This document shows positions 6,814 through 15,760 of a stretch of 36,328 nucleotides of DNA, in pieces. Source of the stretch: Candidatus Saccharimonadota bacterium. Its GTDB lineage: Bacteria > Patescibacteriota > Saccharimonadia > Saccharimonadales > SLHW01. The notes beneath the pieces are model-generated. The model did no database searches. It worked only from the letters and a program-made list of their open reading frames with translations, and had not been told where the DNA came from. The stretch covers positions 1-36,328 of the forward strand of contig SLHW01000025.1 of the NCBI GenBank assembly GCA_007135955.1, written 5' to 3'. The position numbers and the translations under genes are program-made. Position 1 is the stretch's first letter. Each line of letters starts with the position of its first letter.

Positions 6814-8244
6814 TTATAGCTGTTCTTCACCTATGCCTTCGGGGTCTTCATCAGGATCTAGTCCTTCTTGTTGGCTGCTAGAAATAAACTCTTCTTGGCT
6901 TTGAGTGTCCGGTATCTCAGTATCGTCTTGTATTGTAGCGACTGGAGGAATTTCTTGTAGCGGTTGTGGTAGTTGCAGTGACTGTGGTGCAGCTAGGGTG
7001 ACGAGTGAACTACCAGGACTCGGAGAATAATTTTTAACCCAGTCATCAGGACTATCTGTATCGAGACCAGCCTCACGACGCTCCAGTGAGGTGCCAGTTG
7101 GCGCAGTCTCTATGCCTTCATCCCAGAGTACGTCAGTATAATTTGGCCAGGTAGGATCTGGAGCGCCCCAGTTCACCGCGTCAACTATCTCTCCGTCTGT
7201 GTTTTTGAGGGTGAGCATATCATTTGTTTTATCTAGCTCATACCACGGCGCACCACCGAGGTTAATGCGAGTGATATTTCGGTCAACCTCCCAGAAACGA
7301 GCCCATACCGCACTATCATGTGACAGCAGTGCATATTCACCCGCGCCGATACTCACATTGGGGTGTATGGTATGACACACCGTACTCCGGCAGAGTTGCC
7401 AGTCTTTGATACTGACTGCTTCCTCGCCTGCGTTGTAGAGCTCAATCCACTGGTAGCGTGCTGGTGGCGGTGCCGGGCCGCGCTTATCGTCAGCCACATT
7501 GTAGTACACCTCGTTTATTACGATATTGGCAGCTTCTGCTTCGTCCCAAGTGCCAGCCACGAATACATTCCCTTGATTGACGGTTTGTGCGGTCCACTGC
7601 GCTGCCGTTGAGGGGATAAATAGGATTGATCCACCGAGCAATAGTACTAGTAATGCATGCGGGGGCGCGCCATGAGCACGTGGTTTTTCTCGCAGGCGAT
7701 ATATGCGTTTTTGTTTGCCAGCGAGCTCGCGGTAGATATTGCGCAGTTCGATTGCAATCACAAAGCTCGCCGGAATCAGGATCAGTAACCAATAGCCAGT
7801 AGTTGATGACACCGTATGCGCTGCGTAGCCAATATATGGCACGCTGCCACTCACTGTGCCTATAAGTTGCTCAAGCGTCACAACGCCACGATCCGCCACG
7901 TTATTGGCGTCGCCCTGCGTGATAAATCCGCCCGGCTCGGTGTCAATCACGCGGTGGGTCACTGTGTTGCTCGTGCCACTCTCTGAAAAGTACGTGATGA
8001 CATCGCCGACCACCACCTCCTCTGGCGAAATAGTCGTATCGATGATGACGACTGACCCAACGGCAATGTCTGGCGTCATTGATCCCGACATCACGGTGCG
8101 TAGCTGATAATTCCCAAGTAGTGAGGTATTAATACCGATAAATAGCAACAAAAACAAACCAGCCACGACAAACAGCAGCGTATAGAAGCTGCTGGCTATC
8201 ACTTGCTTGAGCTGATTTGGCTTGTGTTGCTGCATCCGCTCCAC
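6814..8244 (-). CDS. sipW: SipW-type (S26B) signal peptidase fused to a SipW-substrate-like segment and a lamin-tail-like domain
   Basis: SGSM (S55), THRV (H97), TQGDAN..D, then a TM helix. A second hydrophobic signal ends TAA|QWT..N.F.AGTWD, followed by IVINEVYYN..QWIELYN..I.DW (LTD-like) and an acidic tail. Confidence 0.85.
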   Translation of the reverse strand: MERMQQHKPNQLKQVIASSFYTLLFVVAGLFLLLFIGINTSLLGNYQLRTVMSGSMTPDIAVGSVVIIDTTISPEEVVVGDVITYFSESGTSNTVTHRVIDTEPGGFITQGDANNVADRGVVTLEQLIGTVSGSVPYIGYAAHTVSSTTGYWLLILIPASFVIAIELRNIYRELAGKQKRIYRLREKPRAHGAPPHALLVLLLGGSILFIPSTAAQWTAQTVNQGNVFVAGTWDEAEAANIVINEVYYNVADDKRGPAPPPARYQWIELYNAGEEAVSIKDWQLCRSTVCHTIHPNVSIGAGEYALLSHDSAVWARFWEVDRNITRINLGGAPWYELDKTNDMLTLKNTDGEIVDAVNWGAPDPTWPNYTDVLWDEGIETAPTGTSLERREAGLDTDSPDDWVKNYSPSPGSSLVTLAAPQSLQLPQPLQEIPPVATIQDDTEIPDTQSQEEFISSSQQEGLDPDEDPEGIGEEQL

Positions 8245-8284
8245 CTATCTATTCTTCAATTATGGTCTGAATTTTTAGAGCCGA

Positions 8285-8316
8285 CTCGGCGCCGTTTTTG
8301 CAGGTATGGCGCCGAG
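8285..8316 (-). terminator. GC-rich stem-loop between the TasA-like gene and sipW (stabiliser or partial terminator)
   Basis: CTCGGCGCC (8285-8293) pairs perfectly with GGCGCCGAG (8308-8316). No strong U-tract immediately after. Confidence 0.55.
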
Positions 8317-8346
8317 CTTAATACTTCTGGACCTGACTAACAAAAC

Positions 8347-9024
8347 CTACTCGTCAAATTCAAATACGCTTGTAGCTGTTGCCAGTAGGTCTACAGTAAA
8401 CTCCCTTTCCTGGTAGTGGTTGCTTGCATCTTTGGTAATTCTAACTTTTACGTCATAGATTGCTACTTGCCCAGTTGGTAAAGGTATTGAAGACCCCATT
8501 GGATTCGCTAATGAAGCTGGGTTTATTCGCCACTGCCGTAGCGTGTTGCCATCCTCGAAATCTATCCATTCACCAGTCGCTCCATTGTATGGCACCCACA
8601 AAGTCTTATCCGCTTGAGCGAGCCATGCATTCAAGCCTGTCCCAACTAATTTATTAGTGTCAACGACTTGCTCTACCTGGAACTCAAGTACATTGTCTAG
8701 GAATGGTGCGTCTTTGTCGTCAAATCGTGGATTCACCAACGCGAGATCAAATGTTATATCTGTTGATCCAATATTTGTAACCATGACATATGCTTGTTCT
8801 ACTGATCCAGGAACCATACCCTGTGCTTCAAAAAACTTGTGCTTGATCACGCCACCATCAGCACCCCTTTGCCCATCAAGGTGGAATACTAAGTTACCAG
8901 AATTAAATTGCTGGTCATCACTTGTAGCCGTTTCCGACCACGTGGCTTGTGTTGCGCCAAATAGCAAACCGGTGACACCCGCAATCACCGCCAGACTTAG
9001 CGCTACGTTTTTAAATTTATCCAT
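8347..9024 (-). CDS. TasA/CalY (camelysin, M73) family secreted fibre protein
   Basis: SipW-type signal ending GATQA|TWSE..F.SGNL, plus MVPG..V.N.GS..F and A.N.YQ..A motifs. ATG 9024 follows GGAGGTG. Confidence 0.85.
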   Translation of the reverse strand: MDKFKNVALSLAVIAGVTGLLFGATQATWSETATSDDQQFNSGNLVFHLDGQRGADGGVIKHKFFEAQGMVPGSVEQAYVMVTNIGSTDITFDLALVNPRFDDKDAPFLDNVLEFQVEQVVDTNKLVGTGLNAWLAQADKTLWVPYNGATGEWIDFEDGNTLRQWRINPASLANPMGSSIPLPTGQVAIYDVKVRITKDASNHYQEREFTVDLLATATSVFEFDE

Positions 9025-9092
9025 ACAACACCTCCTCATAAGTGTTATGTTAATGAACACTTTCGACTATGGAGAGCGAAAACGAAAAAGTC

Positions 9093-9108
9093 ATTGACTA
9101 AGGTCACG
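9093..9108. promoter_or_regulatory. Crp/Fnr-like box between the divergent TasA-like and crp genes
   Basis: ATTGA-N6-TCACG (reverse strand CGTGA-N6-TCAAT). Confidence 0.5.
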
Positions 9109-9176
9109 AATTATGTCAATTAATAGCAAACCAGATTAGAATATGCTAAGATGTTCCCAAATAATACTGGAGTATC

Positions 9177-9833
9177 ATGGCAAAAGACGTATCACAAAAG
9201 GTAGCTGATTTCTTTTCGTCCTACAAGACAAGGCGCCTTGATAAAAAACAAACACTCATTCAGGCCGACTTTGAGCCCGATGGGGTGTATTACCTAATAA
9301 AAGGACAAGTTGGCCAGTGTGACATCGACCAATCTGGTAATGAGCTGATTATCAACGTATTTAAAAAAGGTAGTTTTTTCCCACTGAAATGGGCACTCGA
9401 TCAGCAGGCAAGCCCGTTTTACTTCTTGACGCTGAGCAGTGTTACCTATGTCCGTGCACCCCGCCACGAGGTCATAGAGTTTTTGCGTCGCGAGCCAGAT
9501 GTCGTCCTAGACGTTTTATCAAGAGTCTATTCCGGCGCTGAAGGGCTCTTGAGAAAAAACGCCCAGCTAATGGGTGGGGATGCCAGGTCTCGAGTCTTAC
9601 TAGACTTAATTATCACCTTTGAGCGCTTCGGTACTAAAACCGCTGATGGCGACTACCTGATTCCTATCAATGAAGTTGACCTTGCTAAACATACCGGCCT
9701 GGCCAGAGAGACAATTAGTCGACAAATAGCAACCCTGAAAAAGAAGCATGGCATCACCGTTTCCCGTGAAGGCATGCGTGTCACCTCGATAGACGACATC
9801 AAAGAAGAGCTCGGCATGTCCGATTTACTGTAG
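9177..9833 (+). CDS. Crp/Fnr family transcriptional regulator
   Basis: cNMP-binding-type N-terminal domain (VYYLIKGQV, G.E.II....GSFF) and HTH DLA..TGLARETISR. Confidence 0.93.
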   Translation: MAKDVSQKVADFFSSYKTRRLDKKQTLIQADFEPDGVYYLIKGQVGQCDIDQSGNELIINVFKKGSFFPLKWALDQQASPFYFLTLSSVTYVRAPRHEVIEFLRREPDVVLDVLSRVYSGAEGLLRKNAQLMGGDARSRVLLDLIITFERFGTKTADGDYLIPINEVDLAKHTGLARETISRQIATLKKKHGITVSREGMRVTSIDDIKEELGMSDLL

Positions 9834-9911
9834 AATGCTGCCCTACAGATTGCTCATCGCTAGTTTTGGCTAATTATTTCGACAGGCGCACTACAAAATC
9901 AATCGCTCAGC

Positions 9912-9927
9912 CGTGACAGATGTCACA
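9912..9927. promoter_or_regulatory. Crp box upstream of the thioredoxin-like/CcdA-like operon
   Basis: CGTGA-CAGATG-TCACA, 9/10 match to consensus. TGTTATAAT extended -10 follows at about 9947-9955. Confidence 0.7.
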
Positions 9928-9983
9928 CCTGGAAATTTCGTAGCATTGTTATAATTCTTGTGATAATAGTCTAAAATAGAGAG

Positions 9984-10397
9984 ATGACTCATATGAATAA
10001 GTATATCTTGGTGCTATTTGTGGCTGTGCTCGTTGGGCTAGTAGGTTTTTTTATGATTGCCAATAGCACAGAGTCCCAGCAAGCCGAGGAGAGAAACAAA
10101 ACTGACCCAGAACGCATTGCGATGAACGAATTCGTGCAGTGCTTAGCCGAAGAAGACGTTGTAGTATATGGCTCTGAAACCTGCCCGGCTTGCTTTCGCT
10201 TTGCCCAGCAGTTTGGTGGCTACGACGTCATCGATCCAATCTATGTGGAGTGTAGTGAAGACCGCGAAGCATGTGCAGCCAATATGCAAACCGGTTTCGT
10301 TCCAGAAGTCCAAATTGATGGCAACGTACTTGAAGGAGACAACAGCCTTGAGAGACTAGCCCAAGTCACTGGCTGTAAGTTGGACCTGTCAGAATAA
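9984..10397 (+). CDS. Membrane-anchored thioredoxin-fold protein (resembles VKOR-associated Trx domains)
   Basis: N-terminal TM, then FVQCL..YG...CPAC...FG..YVEC..C...VP..LA..TGC. Confidence 0.8.
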   Translation: MTHMNKYILVLFVAVLVGLVGFFMIANSTESQQAEERNKTDPERIAMNEFVQCLAEEDVVVYGSETCPACFRFAQQFGGYDVIDPIYVECSEDREACAANMQTGFVPEVQIDGNVLEGDNSLERLAQVTGCKLDLSE

Positions 10398-11590
10398 TGA
10401 GACGTACAGCTGCCTTAATCTTTAGTCTATTTCTCCTACTATTTGGTGCTGGTGCAGTCACAACACCCAGCCTCGTTCAAGCTACTGACGAGCCCACCCT
10501 GGAATCTACGGCAACAATAGAGCAGACGACCTCCGAGCAAACAGAAGATGTCGTTGAGCTTCACTATTTCGATGATCCACTCTGTTCAGTTTGTGCTCAG
10601 CAAAAAGAGTACATGGAACAACTTGAACAAGAATACGACAACCTCGTCATTAGCAAATATGACATTTCTGATACTGCTCGGTTTCGTGCTCTAGCCGAAG
10701 AACGTGGCATTACTGATTACCGAATCATGGCGCCTTCAACTTTTATCGGTAATGAACTATTGCAGTTTTCGAGCTTTGGCGAGCGTGAAGAAAAAGCGCT
10801 TATAGCAGCCATTGAAGGTAAAACCACAGAAAGTACCTCGGTTCTACGATTGCCGATAATCAATAGAGAGATCGATATGAGCACTTGGTCACTACCAATC
10901 TTAGCTATCTTGCTAGGAACACTTGATGGTTTTAATGTTTGCTCACTCGGTGCCTTAATACTAATACTATCAATTGTCTTGACCCTCGATTCACGAAAAA
11001 AGATTGTTCTATACGGTGGACTATTTATCCTAACAACTGTCTTAGTGTACGGCGGGCTGGTATTTATATGGGGGCAAGTCATCGATATGTTTATTGGGCA
11101 GCTACAGATCTTGCGCCTGCTGGTCGGGCTAGCAGCACTGGCCGGCTCTGCCTGGTTCTTTAAGGAGTTCTGGCGATTTTATAAATACGGACCATCCTGC
11201 AAGACATCTGATATGAAAATCGCTAAAAAAAGCTCGCAAAAGCTAATCGACACCTTCAACGAACCATCAAAAGGCCCGCTCATGCTCGCTGGTGGCATAA
11301 TCATGTTTGCAATTGTTATCACCATAGTGGAACTACCCTGCTCTATCGGAGTACCGATAGCGTTTACCGGTATACTGGTCGAGAGTGGTGTGTCACTAGG
11401 CATGTATACGCTTTATATACTGTTGTATCTACTGTTTTACATGCTGATCGAACTAATTATCTTTACCGGAGCTGTTATGACAAAAGAAATATGGTTCGCT
11501 GGATCAAAGTTCATCACCTGGACCACCCTCGCTGGCGCGCTTATCCTATTGTCACTTGCTGCATATTACCTTCTCTCGCTGATAAACTAG
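10397..11590 (+). CDS. Glutaredoxin-like domain fused to a CcdA/DsbD-like membrane domain
   Basis: Signal peptide, CSVC, then about 6 TM segments with LDGFNVC and VELPC conserved cysteines. Confidence 0.8.
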   Translation: MRRTAALIFSLFLLLFGAGAVTTPSLVQATDEPTLESTATIEQTTSEQTEDVVELHYFDDPLCSVCAQQKEYMEQLEQEYDNLVISKYDISDTARFRALAEERGITDYRIMAPSTFIGNELLQFSSFGEREEKALIAAIEGKTTESTSVLRLPIINREIDMSTWSLPILAILLGTLDGFNVCSLGALILILSIVLTLDSRKKIVLYGGLFILTTVLVYGGLVFIWGQVIDMFIGQLQILRLLVGLAALAGSAWFFKEFWRFYKYGPSCKTSDMKIAKKSSQKLIDTFNEPSKGPLMLAGGIIMFAIVITIVELPCSIGVPIAFTGILVESGVSLGMYTLYILLYLLFYMLIELIIFTGAVMTKEIWFAGSKFITWTTLAGALILLSLAAYYLLSLIN

Positions 11591-11846
11591 CGAGTTATCA
11601 TTTTTATGGCATGGGGTCGCTATTTACTAATTGCCTGACACGCCAAGTAATTTTTTATGCTACTAAGAATCCTAGTATTCATCATGCTAAGTAATGAAAA
11701 GAAACGATTTGTTAATAGCCTATGTCAGAAGTCACGAGTAAATACAGAAAAGCCCTGGTTATACAAAGCGTAATCAAACGAAAATTGTAAAGTTGCCGCT
11801 AGCTACCTATACTGTAAGCATAAACAATTTGAAAGGATGGTCTAAA

Positions 11847-12383
11847 ATGACTCGGAAAAAAGAAAAGATCGACGTCGATAGCGTGTGGGGATTAGCCAGG
11901 ATTGGGATTGGATTTGTGTTATTTTGGGCATTTATTGATAAGTTATTTGGTCTTGGTTTTGCAACTTGCCGCGATCAAACGACAGATGCAATCAACGTCA
12001 TGTGTAATAGTGCTTGGCTAGCTGGTGGCTCGCCAACAACTGGCTTTTTGCAGTTCGGTACTAGTGGGCCTCTAGCTAATGTCTACCAAGGTTTAGCGGG
12101 CAATCCGCTCATTGACTGGCTGTTTATGCTTGGCCTGCTTGGTATTGGCTTGGCACTGATACTGGGTATTGGCATGCGGATAGCTACGGCGACTGGCGTA
12201 GTTTTCTTTTTAATGCTCTATAGCGCTACGATGCCATCAACCAACAATCCGCTACTAAGCGACCACATCATCTATGCAATAGTCCTAGTCGGTCTACTCA
12301 AAGTCAACGATAAGCAAAAACTTGGCTTTGGTAACCAGTGGAAAAAGCTGAAGCTTGTCAAAAAACACCCAATACTTCGCTAA
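11847..12383 (+). CDS. DoxX family (thiosulfate:quinone oxidoreductase DoxD-like) membrane protein
   Basis: RIGIGFVLFWAFIDKLFGLGFAT, AWL.GGSPT.GFL, DWLFMLGL.GIG and NNP....HIIY motifs. ATG 11847 follows GAAAGGA. Confidence 0.88.
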   Translation: MTRKKEKIDVDSVWGLARIGIGFVLFWAFIDKLFGLGFATCRDQTTDAINVMCNSAWLAGGSPTTGFLQFGTSGPLANVYQGLAGNPLIDWLFMLGLLGIGLALILGIGMRIATATGVVFFLMLYSATMPSTNNPLLSDHIIYAIVLVGLLKVNDKQKLGFGNQWKKLKLVKKHPILR

Positions 12384-12516
12384 AAAAACTAGCCCCTCAG
12401 ATAACAATATAAGAAACTGTTGCTTGTGCTATTGGCAAAATCAGCAACAGGTTCGAGCCGAATATTACTGTTGCTGCGTCAAGCATAGGCTGAATGTGTT
12501 TAAATGTAGCTAGTAT

Positions 12517-13806
12517 ATGCAAGCATTTTTCCCATTTTTTATTATTCTGTTAGTAGCAGTTGTATTCTCGCAAATTTTTCTACGCATGCGGATACCTTGG
12601 GTGGTATCACTAATTGTTGGCGGAATGGTGGTCGGACCAAACGGCTTCGGCTGGTTTGCGCCTGATAGCACTATCGATTTTTTAGCGACCATCGGATTAG
12701 TTTTTTTGATGTTTATGGCTGGCCTTGAGTCAAAACTATCTGATGTCAGGGGCATAAAGGGTAAAATTGCATTAGTTGCTAGTTTTGTTGGGCTTTTGCC
12801 TACCGTCATTGGTATTGCTGTCGCATTGAGCCTCGGTTATCCTCTAGCTACTGCAGTGCTTGTTGGTATCATATTTATGTCATCAGCCATTGCACTATTA
12901 GTACCCACTCTTCAAGAACATCGGATTATTGATTCGACTCTTGGTAAGACCGTTGTTGCAAGCGCGATTATCATTGATGCGATTAGCCTACTCTTGCTGT
13001 CAGTATTTTTACAAGTAGCTACTACTGAATCCGGCACTCTTGATTCGCTGCTTATTTATCCATTTGCGTTTCTTGTACTCGGATTGTTCGCATGGGTGCT
13101 GCCTAAAATGCGCTGGGTTGCCCTTTCAGGAATTGAAAAAGACCAAGAAGACTTGTTCGAGCGTGAACTCCGCTTTACGGTGATGATACTGATTGGGTTG
13201 GTAGTATTTTTTGAATTTGTTGGACTCCATGCAATTATTGCTGGCTTCTTTGCCGGCATGATTCTGTCAAAGTCTATGGCTAATAGCTTGTTAAAGGCTA
13301 AGTTGCATGCGATTAGTTATGGATTCTTTGTGCCAGTGTTTTTTGTGATGGTTGGCGCGAGCACTGATGTAGGGGTCTTCTTTGAAGGTATAGACGCACT
13401 GCTAATAATGTTCGCAGTTATCGGAAGTTTAGTGGCGTCAAAATTTGTCGGCGGGTATCTTGGCGGCAGATTAGCTGGATTCACTCATCAACAAAGTGAA
13501 TTTATCGGCTTTGCAGTGATGCCACAACTGTCTACTGCTTTGGCTGTTGCCTTTTTAGGCTATGGCGCGGGTATCCTTGATCAGGCGTTATTGTCAGCAA
13601 TTGTCGGACTGGCAATTGTCACCAGTATTATTAGCCCAATTTTTGTAAATATGCTGGGACGAAAAATCGTAATTCAAAAACCTGAGCCATCAGCAGAAGA
13701 GCTACCCAAGACCATCATTGGTGGAATTAAAAAGTCCCCAACTACTGTTACCGATCGACCAATCAATGAGGCGAGCGGCAACGAAGAAACCGACTCAAGA
13801 GAATAA
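12517..13806 (+). CDS. Cation:proton antiporter (CPA2, Kef/NapA-like)
   Basis: G...GP.G, IGLVFLMFMAGLE, IIDA, IIAGFFAG and GFFVPVFFV.VG motifs. About 12-13 TM segments. Confidence 0.92.
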   Translation: MQAFFPFFIILLVAVVFSQIFLRMRIPWVVSLIVGGMVVGPNGFGWFAPDSTIDFLATIGLVFLMFMAGLESKLSDVRGIKGKIALVASFVGLLPTVIGIAVALSLGYPLATAVLVGIIFMSSAIALLVPTLQEHRIIDSTLGKTVVASAIIIDAISLLLLSVFLQVATTESGTLDSLLIYPFAFLVLGLFAWVLPKMRWVALSGIEKDQEDLFERELRFTVMILIGLVVFFEFVGLHAIIAGFFAGMILSKSMANSLLKAKLHAISYGFFVPVFFVMVGASTDVGVFFEGIDALLIMFAVIGSLVASKFVGGYLGGRLAGFTHQQSEFIGFAVMPQLSTALAVAFLGYGAGILDQALLSAIVGLAIVTSIISPIFVNMLGRKIVIQKPEPSAEELPKTIIGGIKKSPTTVTDRPINEASGNEETDSRE

Positions 13807-13832
13807 AGTTAAAAAAAACTCGGTCTAGGTTT

Positions 13833-14306
13833 CTATTTCTTTGAAGTTTTTACAAAGCGAGTGTAGCCAAGAAACAGCACAACGGCAAGCGCTATCGTTA
13901 GCATCACAAAACTATGCGCTGCGTTCTCTGCTGCAAAACTGCGTCCAACGCTATATATCAAAGTAAATAAACCACCCAAGAGTACACCATCGGCAATTAC
14001 CTTCAAGCGATTATTAAAGACTAGGCTGATGGAAACCAAGCCAACTGCCATAATGAGAGTTATGATTGATACATTTTGATGGTAGTCTTGAAGCTTTGAC
14101 TGATACCGATCATACACTTGTTCGTATTCTTGCACTTCTCGTTGAAACTCATCATCGTCAGCACCATCAGAGAATATCGCTGGCTCAGGAAAAGCTGGAG
14201 TCTCAGGCTTAGGATAAAAAGTTGCAACACCGAAGCCGATAAATACTGATAGAAGAAGTCCTAGGAAAAAAGTGTATATAGTTTTTAAAAACTTAGTCTC
14301 ATTCAT
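13833..14306 (-). CDS. Hypothetical 4-TM membrane protein
   Basis: Intact 157-aa ORF, FIGFGV.TFYP.P..P motif, four hydrophobic segments. Confidence 0.8.
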   Translation of the reverse strand: MNETKFLKTIYTFFLGLLLSVFIGFGVATFYPKPETPAFPEPAIFSDGADDDEFQREVQEYEQVYDRYQSKLQDYHQNVSIITLIMAVGLVSISLVFNNRLKVIADGVLLGGLFTLIYSVGRSFAAENAAHSFVMLTIALAVVLFLGYTRFVKTSKK

Positions 14307-14373
14307 CTAAGCTAGAGTATAATCCTGCTATTTTGATTTAACAACATCAATCATCTTAATCATGCAGGATGGA

Positions 14374-14931
14374 TTAAATTAATGGTACGAATGCGTACCC
14401 TGCATACTCGACGACAGTGATAGTGCCTTCTGGGGACTTGTCCACCGCGAGGATGCTGTTTTGTACAGGAATAACCATACGGCCACCTAGTGTAAGCTGA
14501 CGAACGAGTTCATCCGGTAAATCGCTGGCAGCAGCACTGACTAAAATCCGGTCATAGGGAGCGTGGCTTGGTAGACCAAACACATCCCCGGCCTGATGAA
14601 ATGAAGCGTTCTCTATCTGTTGCTTCTCGCAATTTTCCCGGCCAAACTCTACCAATTCAGGTACTTTCTCGACTGCATAAACTTCACCCTGATTACCAAC
14701 CAAATACGACAACAGTGCAGTTGTCCAGCCTGAACCAGAACCAACATCAAGAATTTTTTGACCAGGCTGAACATCAAGCCATATCAACATCCGTGTTACT
14801 GTAGTCGGCTGGCTGTTCGTCTGATTATAGCCAATCGGTATCGGCGCATCATAATTAGCGGCTGATTTTTTGTCTTCTGGTAAAAAGTCTTCCCGAGGAT
14901 ACTCCTCAAAGGCTTGATTTATTCTATCCAT
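14374..14931 (-). CDS. pcm: Protein-L-isoaspartate O-methyltransferase
   Basis: PRE.FLP, IGY.QT.SQP, LDVGSGSGWTTALL, APYDRILVSAA, GGRMVIPV and FVPL motifs. Confidence 0.95.
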   Translation of the reverse strand: MDRINQAFEEYPREDFLPEDKKSAANYDAPIPIGYNQTNSQPTTVTRMLIWLDVQPGQKILDVGSGSGWTTALLSYLVGNQGEVYAVEKVPELVEFGRENCEKQQIENASFHQAGDVFGLPSHAPYDRILVSAAASDLPDELVRQLTLGGRMVIPVQNSILAVDKSPEGTITVVEYAGYAFVPLI

Positions 14932-15017
14932 AAAAACAAGTATAAATTACTGTAGGACTGAGACAAGTACAACAGACCAACACCAAAATAGGCTAGCTAG
15001 GTGTTATGCTTACATTA

Positions 15018-15677
15018 ATGAATGCACCACGCTGGCAGCTATCACCAAAAACTATGCCATGGTTGTTATTTGCAGTCGTAGTAACTGTACCAAGCGTAGC
15101 TTGGCTACAGACTTACAACTGGGAGCCAGTGCTCACGATATCAGCAGTCTTTCCGTTACTCGGAGTGCTGGCATGGAGCATTATGTGGACACACTATGCC
15201 TACAGCTGGATGCGCCTACATTACCCTGAGGCCTACTCGGCAAATGCGTTATACGACAAAGTATCCACCTGGCTCGTACTGGGTTTGATATTGTTGCATC
15301 CAGGACTACTGGGCTGGCAACAGTACCGCTTATTTGGTGTCTTGCCACCTGACAGTTTTTATACTGGAATAGCAGAGAATCTGGAGCCTTTTGTAGCCAT
15401 TGGCGCCCTTGCACTGGTTTTATTCCTGATATACGAAGTAGTTCATCGGCTCAGACAAAAGCAAAGCATTCAAAAAATATGGGGTTGGATAAGCCTAAGC
15501 CAGCTGTTAGCAATGGTGCTCATATTCGTACATGGATTACAGGTCGGACAGATAGTGCTGTCTGGCTGGATGATTGGCTGGTGGATAATACTAGGCGTCT
15601 TGCTACTACCTGCGCTCTACAGCACTGCTATAAACGACTGGAAAGTCCAGCAACAAGCAAGTAAAATTCATCCCTAG
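15018..15677 (+). CDS. Membrane protein, ferric-reductase-like (heme b) TM domain possible
   Basis: Six TM segments with intramembrane His (WTHY, LLHP, FVHG). Start likely 15018 given TATGCT at 15005-15010. Confidence 0.6.
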   Translation: MNAPRWQLSPKTMPWLLFAVVVTVPSVAWLQTYNWEPVLTISAVFPLLGVLAWSIMWTHYAYSWMRLHYPEAYSANALYDKVSTWLVLGLILLHPGLLGWQQYRLFGVLPPDSFYTGIAENLEPFVAIGALALVLFLIYEVVHRLRQKQSIQKIWGWISLSQLLAMVLIFVHGLQVGQIVLSGWMIGWWIILGVLLLPALYSTAINDWKVQQQASKIHP

Positions 15678-15760
15678 GCCTTTTATACTAAGCAGAAATC
15701 GAGAAACAACCACTAAAAAATACATCCTACGATGCTATATCTCTGATACAATATTTGCTA

